This document shows, piece after piece, positions 1 through 7,496 of a stretch of DNA of 15,829 bases (positions within the stretch are counted from its first letter, which is position 1; each line of letters opens with the position of its first letter). The stretch is from Promethearchaeia archaeon. GTDB lineage: Archaea > Asgardarchaeota > Lokiarchaeia > Sigyniarchaeales > SOKP01. Location: contig JAHQWL010000090.1 in assembly GCA_029856155.1 (NCBI GenBank), positions 1 through 15,829 of the forward strand. Direction: 5' to 3'. The notes beneath the pieces are model-generated. The model was given only the letters and a program-made list of their open reading frames with translations. It was not told the DNA's origin and ran no database searches. The translations under genes and the position numbers were made by a program.

Positions 1-384
1 TAATGCTATTGGACGAACACCCATGCATAGAATGTCTCTTATTATACCTCCAATACCTGTAGCGGCTCCGTGATAAGGTTCAATTGCAGATGGATGATTG
101 TGAGATTCAATTCTAAATGCTAAGGCGTAACCATCTCCAATATCAATTACGCCTGCATCTTGACCAGGACCAGCTAAAACATAATCATAATTTTTCTCAG
201 CATCCTCAAACATTCTCAATTTTGGCCGTGATGATTTATAAGAACAATGCTCGCTCCACATTACATCAAACATGCCTAATTCAGTAATATTTGGTTCTCT
301 TTCTAATAAATCTTTTACTTTTTCAAATTCACCATTGTTCATTTCTACGTCTACTTCTTTTCCGTTAACAGTCACCTTTGTCAT
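1..384 (-). CDS. purL: Phosphoribosylformylglycinamidine synthase subunit PurL (N-terminal 128 aa; continues beyond the left edge)
   Basis: Not in the ORF track. Manual translation from ATG at 384 gives [12 protein letters not shown]...[25 protein letters not shown]...[12 protein letters not shown]...[45 protein letters not shown] and ESHNHPS are PurL hallmarks. TAATG overlap with the purQ stop. Confidence 0.97.
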   Translation of the reverse strand, partial: MTKVTVNGKEVDVEMNNGEFEKVKDLLEREPNITELGMFDVMWSEHCSYKSSRPKLRMFEDAEKNYDYVLAGPGQDAGVIDIGDGYALAFRIESHNHPSAIEPYHGAATGIGGIIRDILCMGVRPIAL

Positions 385-1097
385 TAAGATAGCCTCCGTT
401 TTATGAACTCTATCATTGATTCAAAAAATAATCTTCCATGAGTTGTTCTTTTTGGGCTTAGTATTGCTTCTGATGCGCGTTCTGGATGGGGCATTAATCC
501 AATGCAATTTTGTTCTATATTGCAGATTCCAGCAATATTTTCTAAGGAACCATTTGGATTTGCTTCCTCCGTCAACTCTCCTTGTTCAGTAGAGTATCTA
601 AAAACAATCTGGTTATTTTCCTCTAACTCTTTCATATTGTCAGTAAAATATCGTCCCTCTGCATGAGCTATAGGTAAAGCACACACATCACCTAGCTGCA
701 TTCTATTAGAAAAAGCAGTATTATTGTTTACTACTTTCAAATTTACCCACTTGCAGATAAATTTAAGAGAATCATTACGTAATAAAGCACCTGGGAGGAA
801 TTGAGCTTCAGTTAATATTTGAAATCCATTACAAATACCTATTACTGGTCTTCCATCATCTAACATTATCCGTGCTTCATCAATTGCAGGGCTATGAGCA
901 GCAATAATTCCTGCTCTTAAATAATCTCCAAATGCAAAGCCTCCGGGTAAAATCACTCCATCATATTTAGATTCCTTAAAATGATTATGCCATACTAAGT
1001 CTGCTTCTACATCATCAATAACATTTTTCAAAACATGTACAGTATCTAAATCACAGTTGCTCCCTGCGAATTCGATTACGGCTATTTTAATATTCAT
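384..1097 (-). CDS. purQ: Phosphoribosylformylglycinamidine synthase glutaminase subunit PurQ
   Basis: [19 protein letters not shown], nucleophile [30 protein letters not shown] (class I GATase Cys-His-Glu triad). Lies between purS and purL. Confidence 0.97.
   Translation of the reverse strand: MNIKIAVIEFAGSNCDLDTVHVLKNVIDDVEADLVWHNHFKESKYDGVILPGGFAFGDYLRAGIIAAHSPAIDEARIMLDDGRPVIGICNGFQILTEAQFLPGALLRNDSLKFICKWVNLKVVNNNTAFSNRMQLGDVCALPIAHAEGRYFTDNMKELEENNQIVFRYSTEQGELTEEANPNGSLENIAGICNIEQNCIGLMPHPERASEAILSPKRTTHGRLFFESMIEFIKRRLS
393..397 (-). promoter_or_regulatory. Shine-Dalgarno site for purL
   Basis: GGAGG on the minus strand 8 nt before the purL ATG, inside the purQ 3' end. Confidence 0.65.
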
Positions 1098-1363
1098 AAT
1101 TTTGATACTTTTAAAATAGTTAGATATTGAGTAACTGGATTAAAAATTCGGAGATCGTTACACATTTTTTCTACAATTTTCTTGGCTTGAATTTCATCAA
1201 CAGCTTTAAGTTTAATTCGTAAAAATTGCCCTGTACGAACATTAAATACCATTTCATATCCTTTTTTTGCTAAAAGGTCTTTTTGAATAGTTTCTCCAAC
1301 TGGATCTCTAGCTGCTGGTTTATTCATTAACGTTATTTCTACTTCAAATTCTTGGCGATCCAT
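1094..1363 (-). CDS. purS: Phosphoribosylformylglycinamidine synthase subunit PurS
   Basis: 89 aa with DPVGETI, VRTGQ and MCNDLRIFNPV, matching PurS DPxG...NPV motifs. ATGA overlap with the purQ start. Confidence 0.92.
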   Translation of the reverse strand: MDRQEFEVEITLMNKPAARDPVGETIQKDLLAKKGYEMVFNVRTGQFLRIKLKAVDEIQAKKIVEKMCNDLRIFNPVTQYLTILKVSKL

Positions 1364-1588
1364 TTGTGAAAAAAGAAGTTTTATATATTTTTATTAGTTC
1401 TTATTAACTTAAAAATAATACGCATCGACAAAAACGACAATATCTTATATATCCTCAATATAATTCAAGTAATCATTCTAAACTAAAATCTAGATTTCTT
1501 AGAGAAAAAAAGATTATTGAAAGGTGAATTAATTAAATAAAAAATAATAAAATCGAAGATTATAATTTCTTTAATTGCGGTTGATCAA

Positions 1589-1792
1589 TCATACATAACC
1601 TAAACTAATAATTACTGCGAGTAATAGAGCTAATAAGCCAAACAATAGAGCGTATTTACTTCGTTTGGGTATGATAGTTCCTTTTAGCTCTTCATTTTTT
1701 TCTTCCTTATAACTTTTAAGATCTACGATAATGAATACAAAACTAAGGATAAATAAAGTAAAATCGACAAATAAAAATATTAAATTCAACAT
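1589..1792 (-). CDS. Small hypothetical membrane protein (two TM helices)
   Basis: 67 aa: two hydrophobic stretches of about 20 aa separated by a charged loop (DLKSYKEEKNEELKG...KRSK). ATG start, co-oriented with neighbours, consensus TATA box about 30 nt upstream. Confidence 0.65.
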   Translation of the reverse strand: MLNLIFLFVDFTLFILSFVFIIVDLKSYKEEKNEELKGTIIPKRSKYALLFGLLALLLAVIISLGYV

Positions 1793-1817
1793 AATACGAT
1801 AAATTACTGTGAATTAT

Positions 1818-1833
1818 TATTTAAATTTTTCTT
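1818..1833 (-). promoter_or_regulatory. Archaeal BRE-TATA promoter candidate for the small membrane protein
   Basis: Minus strand reads AAGAAAAA-TTTAAATA (purine-rich BRE plus consensus TTTAWATA), 26-33 nt before the ATG at 1792. This fits a leaderless transcript. Confidence 0.5.
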
Positions 1834-1838
1834 AAATT

Positions 1839-2816
1839 CTATAAATAATTGGCTTGCTTTAAATTTTCATAAATCCTTTTTCGAACATCTGAAATTTCTG
1901 CTTTAAATTCTAATCCAGTAATTTTTTCATAACTACTCATGTATCTTTTTGCTAATTCTATTTTAATATCTTCAGTAATTGGAGGGATATCCTCATCTGG
2001 TTTAATATCTGGAAAAACTTCAGGATAAGTGTCCATAAGCCATCCTCTAAAGATTTCTTTATCTAGAATGTCAGGGCGGTCTCCCTTTTCAAATTTTTCT
2101 TTATAAGTATCAAGGATCCAGAATCGTGATGAGTCTTGAGTGTGAATTTCATCAATAACCATTAAATCACCTTCTTTTAATCCGAATTCATATTTAGTAT
2201 CAACTAAGATAAGACCGTTCTGTTCGCAATATTCTTGTCCGAATTTAAATAACTTAAATGCGACTTCTTCCATTTCTTCATAGACATCCTTCTCAACCAT
2301 TTCTCTTTTTAAGATTTCTTCTTTCGAGAGGTAAATATCATGACCCGATTCTGCTTTTGTGGAAGGAGTTATAACTATTTCGTCAAATTTCTGATTCTTT
2401 TTCATTCCTTTAGGAGGCATTATACCAGAAGTTGGTTTTCCTTTATTGTAATCACGCCACATACTTCCCGTTAGATATCCCCTTATGACTACTTCAACTG
2501 GAACTGTCTTACATTGATGAACAACAGCTACGTTAGGATCTGGTATATCGATAATGTGATTCTTTACAATATCTTTAGTTTTTTCAAACCAGAAAGATGA
2601 AACTTGATTTAGCATTTGTCCTTTAAATGGAATGGTGGTTATTACCCTATCGAAAGCGCTTAGGCGATCTGTGGAGATAATTATTCTTTTATCTTTTTTC
2701 GTATAGTTATCTCTAACTTTTCCTCGATATAATTCCCCCAAGTTAGAAAAGTTTGTTTCTTTTAAAGTGTAGTTTAATTGTTCCTTTATTATTCCATCAA
2801 TATTCTTACTAACCAT
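1839..2816 (-). CDS. purC: Phosphoribosylaminoimidazole-succinocarboxamide (SAICAR) synthase, long type
   Basis: GKVRDNY, TDRLSAFD, PFKGQ, PVEVVIRGYLTGS, TPSTKA, LVDTKYEFG, DEIHTQDSSRFW, LDKE motifs; purine gene context. Confidence 0.97.
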   Translation of the reverse strand: MVSKNIDGIIKEQLNYTLKETNFSNLGELYRGKVRDNYTKKDKRIIISTDRLSAFDRVITTIPFKGQMLNQVSSFWFEKTKDIVKNHIIDIPDPNVAVVHQCKTVPVEVVIRGYLTGSMWRDYNKGKPTSGIMPPKGMKKNQKFDEIVITPSTKAESGHDIYLSKEEILKREMVEKDVYEEMEEVAFKLFKFGQEYCEQNGLILVDTKYEFGLKEGDLMVIDEIHTQDSSRFWILDTYKEKFEKGDRPDILDKEIFRGWLMDTYPEVFPDIKPDEDIPPITEDIKIELAKRYMSSYEKITGLEFKAEISDVRKRIYENLKQANYL

Positions 2817-2860
2817 TTTAAATAATAAAAGAAAAATCCCTAAAAATTCTTATTATTAAT

Positions 2861-2867
2861 AAAAAAA
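2861..2867 (-). terminator. Putative oligo-T terminator after the Cys-rich gene
   Basis: T7 run on the minus strand starting 12 nt after the stop at 2879. Confidence 0.4.
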
Positions 2868-2878
2868 TAAGATTAACC

Positions 2879-3349
2879 TTAGTCTACATTGACTGAAATT
2901 CCGCATTTATTACATCTCTTTGTGCCTCGGAATAAGGAATTACCGCATTCGGGACAGTGATATCTTTTTTCCTCCTCTTCAACCCATTTTTCAGTTCCTA
3001 ATTCTTTCCATTGAGGGATTGCTCTTAAAATAACTTTTTTACCAACAGGAATAGGAAAACGTTCTATAAATTTACATGGAAAATCATCACATTGATAACA
3101 TCCATCAATTCCTTTACTCTTGATACAATCTCTGATAGGGCATGTTTGACAATATCCAAATACATCCTCCTGCTTTTCTGCAAGACAGCCTGCACATTTA
3201 ATGTCATCAATAGTTTTTGAAAACGGTTTGTATACATCGACAAGTTTTTCTTTAAACTTTAAATTATTATCTCTATCAGCAATATGTATTGCACAGACTC
3301 CACAATATAGCCCGCATGGAGCTAAAAGAGCTTTATTTATATCTGTCAT
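2879..3349 (-). CDS. DUF3795-like Cys-rich metal-binding protein with C-terminal zinc ribbon
   Basis: APCGLYCGVC...CAGC...CQTCPIRDC...GIDGCYQCDDFPC follows the DUF3795 pattern. C-terminal CPECG-x9-CNKCG. Confidence 0.8.
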   Translation of the reverse strand: MTDINKALLAPCGLYCGVCAIHIADRDNNLKFKEKLVDVYKPFSKTIDDIKCAGCLAEKQEDVFGYCQTCPIRDCIKSKGIDGCYQCDDFPCKFIERFPIPVGKKVILRAIPQWKELGTEKWVEEEEKRYHCPECGNSLFRGTKRCNKCGISVNVD

Positions 3350-3366
3350 TTTATTTTCTCAACCAT

Positions 3367-3741
3367 TTATTTTTTGTAATAAATTCCGTTATTGAATTCT
3401 TTACTTGAATACTTTTTTTTATTTTTTTCCATTTTCTTTATAAATATTTGGCTTAAATCCAAATCTAAAGCATTAATTAAACTTATTAAATAAATAAAAA
3501 CATCGGCTATTTCATCAGAAATATATGATAAAAGTTCCTTATTATTCAAAATCTCTTCCATCGTGTAATCTTTAAAGAGTAATAACTGAGACAATTCTCC
3601 AGCTTCACAATTTATAGCTTGAACTAGGTTTTTAGGAGTGTGATATTGATTCCAATTACGATCTTCAACAAACTTTTTCACTTCTTTTTTAAAAAATGAA
3701 ATATTTGTTCGTAAGTCTTTAACCTCATGATTTTCATTCAT
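3367..3741 (-). CDS. MazG-like all-alpha nucleotide pyrophosphohydrolase (dCTPase DCTPP1/RS21-C6 type)
   Basis: F..DRNWNQYHTPKNL...EAGEL...DEIADVFIYL...KMEKNKKKY; ExxE and ExxD metal-binding motifs. Confidence 0.9.
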   Translation of the reverse strand: MNENHEVKDLRTNISFFKKEVKKFVEDRNWNQYHTPKNLVQAINCEAGELSQLLLFKDYTMEEILNNKELLSYISDEIADVFIYLISLINALDLDLSQIFIKKMEKNKKKYSSKEFNNGIYYKK

Positions 3742-3771
3742 AATAAGTCAATTAGTTTTAGAGATTAATTA

Positions 3772-4599
3772 TCATTTAAGATTTTTAATAAAATCACAAA
3801 TTAAGTCATTAACTACTTCTTTTCTCTGAGCAGGAGCGAAATGTCCAGCCATATCAATAATATTTAAAGTAGAATTTGGTATCATTCGATGTAATTCTTC
3901 TGACATTTGCTCAGGAGCAAAATTATCAAGTCTTCCACCTATTATTAAAGTAGGGCAACTAATACCTGATGGGTCATATTCCTTTATTTCATGTATCATT
4001 CGGAAAATTTGATCTTCAATTTGCATATATAATTCATCTTTAGTTAATTTTAAACCAGATAACGAATCGGATAAAGCAGTTATTATGTATGGAATGGTTT
4101 TATCTAATATTTTTTCAACAGAATTGGCTAATATTTGTAAAAAATTCATTCTGATAAAATAAGGGAGTAAATTGTAAAATATATTCCTTATGACATTGTC
4201 AATAATGATATATCCCGAATTCAATAGGATAAGAAACTTGATATCCTCAGGATGTTTTACTGCGAATAACTGACCAATCATTCCACCAACTAACGAGTGT
4301 CCTATTATCCCATATTTCTCATTTATCTCTAAATACTTCAGAAGATCTTCTAAATCTCTTATTATATCAAATCTAAGATTTTTTTTTAGGTTTAATTCCT
4401 TAGTGTGCTCACTCCTCCCATGCCCTAATGCATCGAAAGCAATAATACGATAATTTTCTTTCAATATTTTAATTTGTGCCTTGAAAAAAGAAGCCGAAGA
4501 CGCGAATCCATGAAGTAAAATAATGGCACAATTCTTTGAATCTGGGTTAATATTTTCATAGTATAGATTGTAACCCTCTTGGTTCTTGAAATAAGGCAT
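3772..4599 (-). CDS. Alpha/beta-fold hydrolase (putative esterase/lipase/lactonase); likely start at ATG 4599 (MPYFKN...)
   Basis: LLHGF oxyanion motif, FDALGHGRS, GHS nucleophile, GRLD acid, AGH histidine. The MPYF...YNLYY N-terminus is typical of the family, so it is preferred over the TTG at 4680. Confidence 0.88.
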   Translation of the reverse strand: MPYFKNQEGYNLYYENINPDSKNCAIILLHGFASSASFFKAQIKILKENYRIIAFDALGHGRSEHTKELNLKKNLRFDIIRDLEDLLKYLEINEKYGIIGHSLVGGMIGQLFAVKHPEDIKFLILLNSGYIIIDNVIRNIFYNLLPYFIRMNFLQILANSVEKILDKTIPYIITALSDSLSGLKLTKDELYMQIEDQIFRMIHEIKEYDPSGISCPTLIIGGRLDNFAPEQMSEELHRMIPNSTLNIIDMAGHFAPAQRKEVVNDLICDFIKNLK

Positions 4600-4719
4600 G
4601 TGAGTTAGAAACTTATGATATTCTATAATTTTTGAAATAATAGATTCCAAAAATACTTTTCTAAATTTTAAAATTATCAAATTTAGCTCTTTATTGCTTT
4701 AAAAATGTAAAACGAAAAT

Positions 4720-4729
4720 AAAAAAAAAA
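4720..4729 (-). terminator. Oligo-T terminator closing the FAD/Fe-S/kinase operon
   Basis: T10 on the minus strand immediately after the kinase TAA stop (4730-4732). Confidence 0.6.
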
Positions 4730-6193
4730 TTACAAATCTTTGGTTACACGTTTTTTATTCAATGTATCTAGTGTTACTGGCATGAATATTCGTCTTAGTT
4801 TTTTATAAATTTTTACATTCTCTCTTATAGGGCTTATAGTGTCTACAAACTTAACCATTTTATCTATAGCTTCTTCAATACTATTATATTTTTTACACCC
4901 ATAGAACCCCAAAATTGCAGCTCCTAGAGCTGCTCCGTCTTTAATTGCAGGAATTTTAATATCCTTTTCTGTAATGTCAGCAAATATTTGAGCCCAGATA
5001 TTACTATTTATGCCTCCACCATCAACTCCCAACTCTGGTACTTTTACTTTTACCATCCCTTCTAAAAGCTGGATATACATTTGAGCACTTAATGCTGCAG
5101 ACTCCATAATTGCACGGGATACATGTGCCCGAGTATGATTCAAACCTAATCCATGAATTGTACCCTTTCTAAATATGTATAAAGGGATAAATAACAATCC
5201 GTCACTACAAGGAGGAACTTTTTCTGCTTCAGCAGTTAAAATATCATATACATTAGTATTTTGTTGTTCAGATTCTTTAATTTGCCATTGAGAAAAGTTA
5301 TCTTTAAACCATTTGAACATTGTCCCTGTTCCCGGCATTGTACCTTCAATCACCCATTTACCTTTGATAACATGTGGTATGGAAAAAATAGGTATATCTC
5401 CAATACTAGGCATTGGTGCATCAACAACCATATTAACAAATATTCCTGTTCCCGTTGTCACTTTTGCTTGACCATTATTAATAACACCTAAACCTAATGC
5501 TGCACATTGTTGATCTCCTCCTCCTAGAATAATGGGTAAATTCTGTTTCAGTCCAAGTTCTCCAGCAGCCTTACTCGTTAATTCACCTATTTTTTCTCCA
5601 GGGGTATACAATTCAGGTAATAAATCTATATTTATATCGCATGAATCAGCAAGCTTTTCATCCCACTTTAATGTTTCCATATTTAAAAAACTATAAATTC
5701 CGATGGTTGGATCTGAAACAATTTTATCGCATAGTTTCATATAAATATATGAATCGGGAGAAATTATCTTAAAAGCTCTATCATATAAATCTGGCTTTTT
5801 ATTTTTAAACCATAATATCTTCGGAATTGCCCTACGCAAACCTTCCTTTTCTTGGAGAGTCTTAGTATCCGAGATTTCTCTTTCATCCATCCAAGTTAGT
5901 GCAGGGTGTAATATATTTCTCTCTTTATCAATAATTGTTAATGTTAGTCGAGAATAAGTTGCTGCTATACCAATAATATCATTTGGATCAAATGATCCAC
6001 TCTTTACTACTTTATTACAGGTATTTTTAATTCCGTTCCACCAAATAAGAGGATCTTGTTCAGAAACTCCTACTGGTTGTTTTACAATAGGATATTCTTC
6101 ATAAGCTTTAGCAACTTCTTTACCATTAATATCAAATACAATAGTCCTTGCTCCAGTTGTTCCAACATCGAATACACAAATTAAATCACTCAT
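4730..6193 (-). CDS. FGGY-family carbohydrate/polyol kinase (xylulokinase/glycerol-kinase-like; substrate unknown)
   Basis: DVGTTGAR, EQDP, WMDER, PKILW, GGGDQQCAALGLG, TTGTG, RAIMES, VDGGG, QIFADI, AALGAA motifs. Confidence 0.92.
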   Translation of the reverse strand: MSDLICVFDVGTTGARTIVFDINGKEVAKAYEEYPIVKQPVGVSEQDPLIWWNGIKNTCNKVVKSGSFDPNDIIGIAATYSRLTLTIIDKERNILHPALTWMDEREISDTKTLQEKEGLRRAIPKILWFKNKKPDLYDRAFKIISPDSYIYMKLCDKIVSDPTIGIYSFLNMETLKWDEKLADSCDINIDLLPELYTPGEKIGELTSKAAGELGLKQNLPIILGGGDQQCAALGLGVINNGQAKVTTGTGIFVNMVVDAPMPSIGDIPIFSIPHVIKGKWVIEGTMPGTGTMFKWFKDNFSQWQIKESEQQNTNVYDILTAEAEKVPPCSDGLLFIPLYIFRKGTIHGLGLNHTRAHVSRAIMESAALSAQMYIQLLEGMVKVKVPELGVDGGGINSNIWAQIFADITEKDIKIPAIKDGAALGAAILGFYGCKKYNSIEEAIDKMVKFVDTISPIRENVKIYKKLRRIFMPVTLDTLNKKRVTKDL

Positions 6194-6221
6194 ATAACCA
6201 CTTAAATTATTAATTTAAATA

Positions 6222-7496
6222 TTAAAGTAATTTTATTAATAATTCAGATATATCTAATATTTTATATTTTTCTTTTTCGGTTTTTTCAATTCCATATGCT
6301 AATCCTAATTCACATAAAGGGCAAGCAGAAATAAATATGTTCGTTCCCGTTTCTTTTAATTCATTAATTCTATTCCGTGCTTCTCTAATAGCTAAGTCTT
6401 TATCTGCCCAATGAGCTGTACCACTCCAACCACAACAATGTACATACTCTTTGTTATAGGTAGGCTCAATAATTTCTAAATCGGGAATTTTGCTTAGAAT
6501 ACCTCTAATCGATTCTGTATCATTTAAATTTCTTGCAATAAGACAAGGATCATGGATTGTTATCTTTCTATATTCTTCTGGAATACTTCTGTTAATACTT
6601 AGTTTGCCATCATCAAGTAATTTTCTGAAATATTGTACAATATGGAAAATTTCTTTTTCAATTTTAATTCCAACTTTCTCATACCTACTTTTTAAAGTTA
6701 AAATACAACCTGGACAATCTGAAATAATGATTTTTGCCCCAGTAGATATTATAAGGTCCTTATTTTTCATTGCAAATTTTTTCGCTGTCCCTAGATCCCT
6801 TATATTAAATGCTGGTCCGCCACAACATACTTTTTTCTCAAGATTGGTTGAGAATTTGATGCCTGCTTTTATTAAAATCTGGATGTTTGCTTTTATTACT
6901 TCAGGAAATTTCATTGATTCACATCCAATATAATAAAAAACTTCATCATTACCATCGGTTTCTATATTTTCTATTCCTTTTTCTTTATAAGTTTCATATA
7001 TATTGTATTCTTCTATAGTATTGGTTTTGTTCAACTTATCAATCTGCTGTTTACAGTAATCTGGCATCATTCCTTTATCATTTAAATCATCCCTGACAGT
7101 TTCTAAAAGTGATACGACAGAAAATTCAAAAGGACACCAAACTTTACAGTTTTCCTCATTAGAACATTTGTACATGAGATCAACAAAATCTTTATTTTCT
7201 TCTTTCGTTGGATCTATTTTTCCTGTTGTTAAATAATAACCAATTCGAGCCTTATAAGCAGGACTCATTGTTTCGGTTAGAGAACATTGTAGTGTACCAC
7301 AATCAAATCTACACAAATTAGGACAAAGCATACATTTAATTAGATTATCCACATCGGCTTTATAATCCTCTTTTGGATAAAAATTGATCTTTTTTTGCCT
7401 GAAACCCTTCATTATCCTTGATCGGGTTGCTCTATCAGCTCTTTGAATATATGGTAAAATCCAATTGTACTTTTTTAAAGTTTCTTCAACACCCAT
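6222..7496 (-). CDS. Fe-S oxidoreductase subunit with a ferredoxin-like region and two CCG domains (GlpC/GlcF/HdrD-like)
   Basis: CMLCPNLCRFDC and CSNEENCKVWCP motifs, then two complete CCG motifs: C-x31-CC-x35-CPGC and C-x35-CC-x36-CPLC. Confidence 0.92.
   Translation of the reverse strand: MGVEETLKKYNWILPYIQRADRATRSRIMKGFRQKKINFYPKEDYKADVDNLIKCMLCPNLCRFDCGTLQCSLTETMSPAYKARIGYYLTTGKIDPTKEENKDFVDLMYKCSNEENCKVWCPFEFSVVSLLETVRDDLNDKGMMPDYCKQQIDKLNKTNTIEEYNIYETYKEKGIENIETDGNDEVFYYIGCESMKFPEVIKANIQILIKAGIKFSTNLEKKVCCGGPAFNIRDLGTAKKFAMKNKDLIISTGAKIIISDCPGCILTLKSRYEKVGIKIEKEIFHIVQYFRKLLDDGKLSINRSIPEEYRKITIHDPCLIARNLNDTESIRGILSKIPDLEIIEPTYNKEYVHCCGWSGTAHWADKDLAIREARNRINELKETGTNIFISACPLCELGLAYGIEKTEKEKYKILDISELLIKLL

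Noticed and set aside
1364-1588. Purine, PRPP or ZMP riboswitch before purS
   Set aside because: No recognisable aptamer consensus or GC-containing stems by eye. An Rfam/Infernal scan would be the definitive test.
3201-3395. 64-aa plus-strand ORF
   Set aside because: Antisense shadow of the DUF3795-like and MazG-like genes; no motif.
3766-3774. Selenocysteine or readthrough at TGA stops (hydrolase, small membrane ORF, purS)
   Set aside because: The hydrolase TGA is followed directly by TAA, the small ORF hits TAA six codons later, and the purS TGA is an ordinary ATGA overlap after a complete protein.
4600-4680. 27-aa N-terminal extension of the hydrolase from TTG 4680
   Set aside because: AT-rich, promoter-like sequence; ATG 4599 gives a family-typical N-terminus.
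5261-5491. 76-aa plus-strand Cys/His-rich ORF
   Set aside because: Entirely antisense to the FGGY kinase; its composition reflects the reverse-strand codons.
6490-6933. 147-aa hydrophobic plus-strand ORF
   Set aside because: Antisense to the Fe-S gene; the hydrophobicity is the expected mirror of Lys/Glu/Asn-rich codons.
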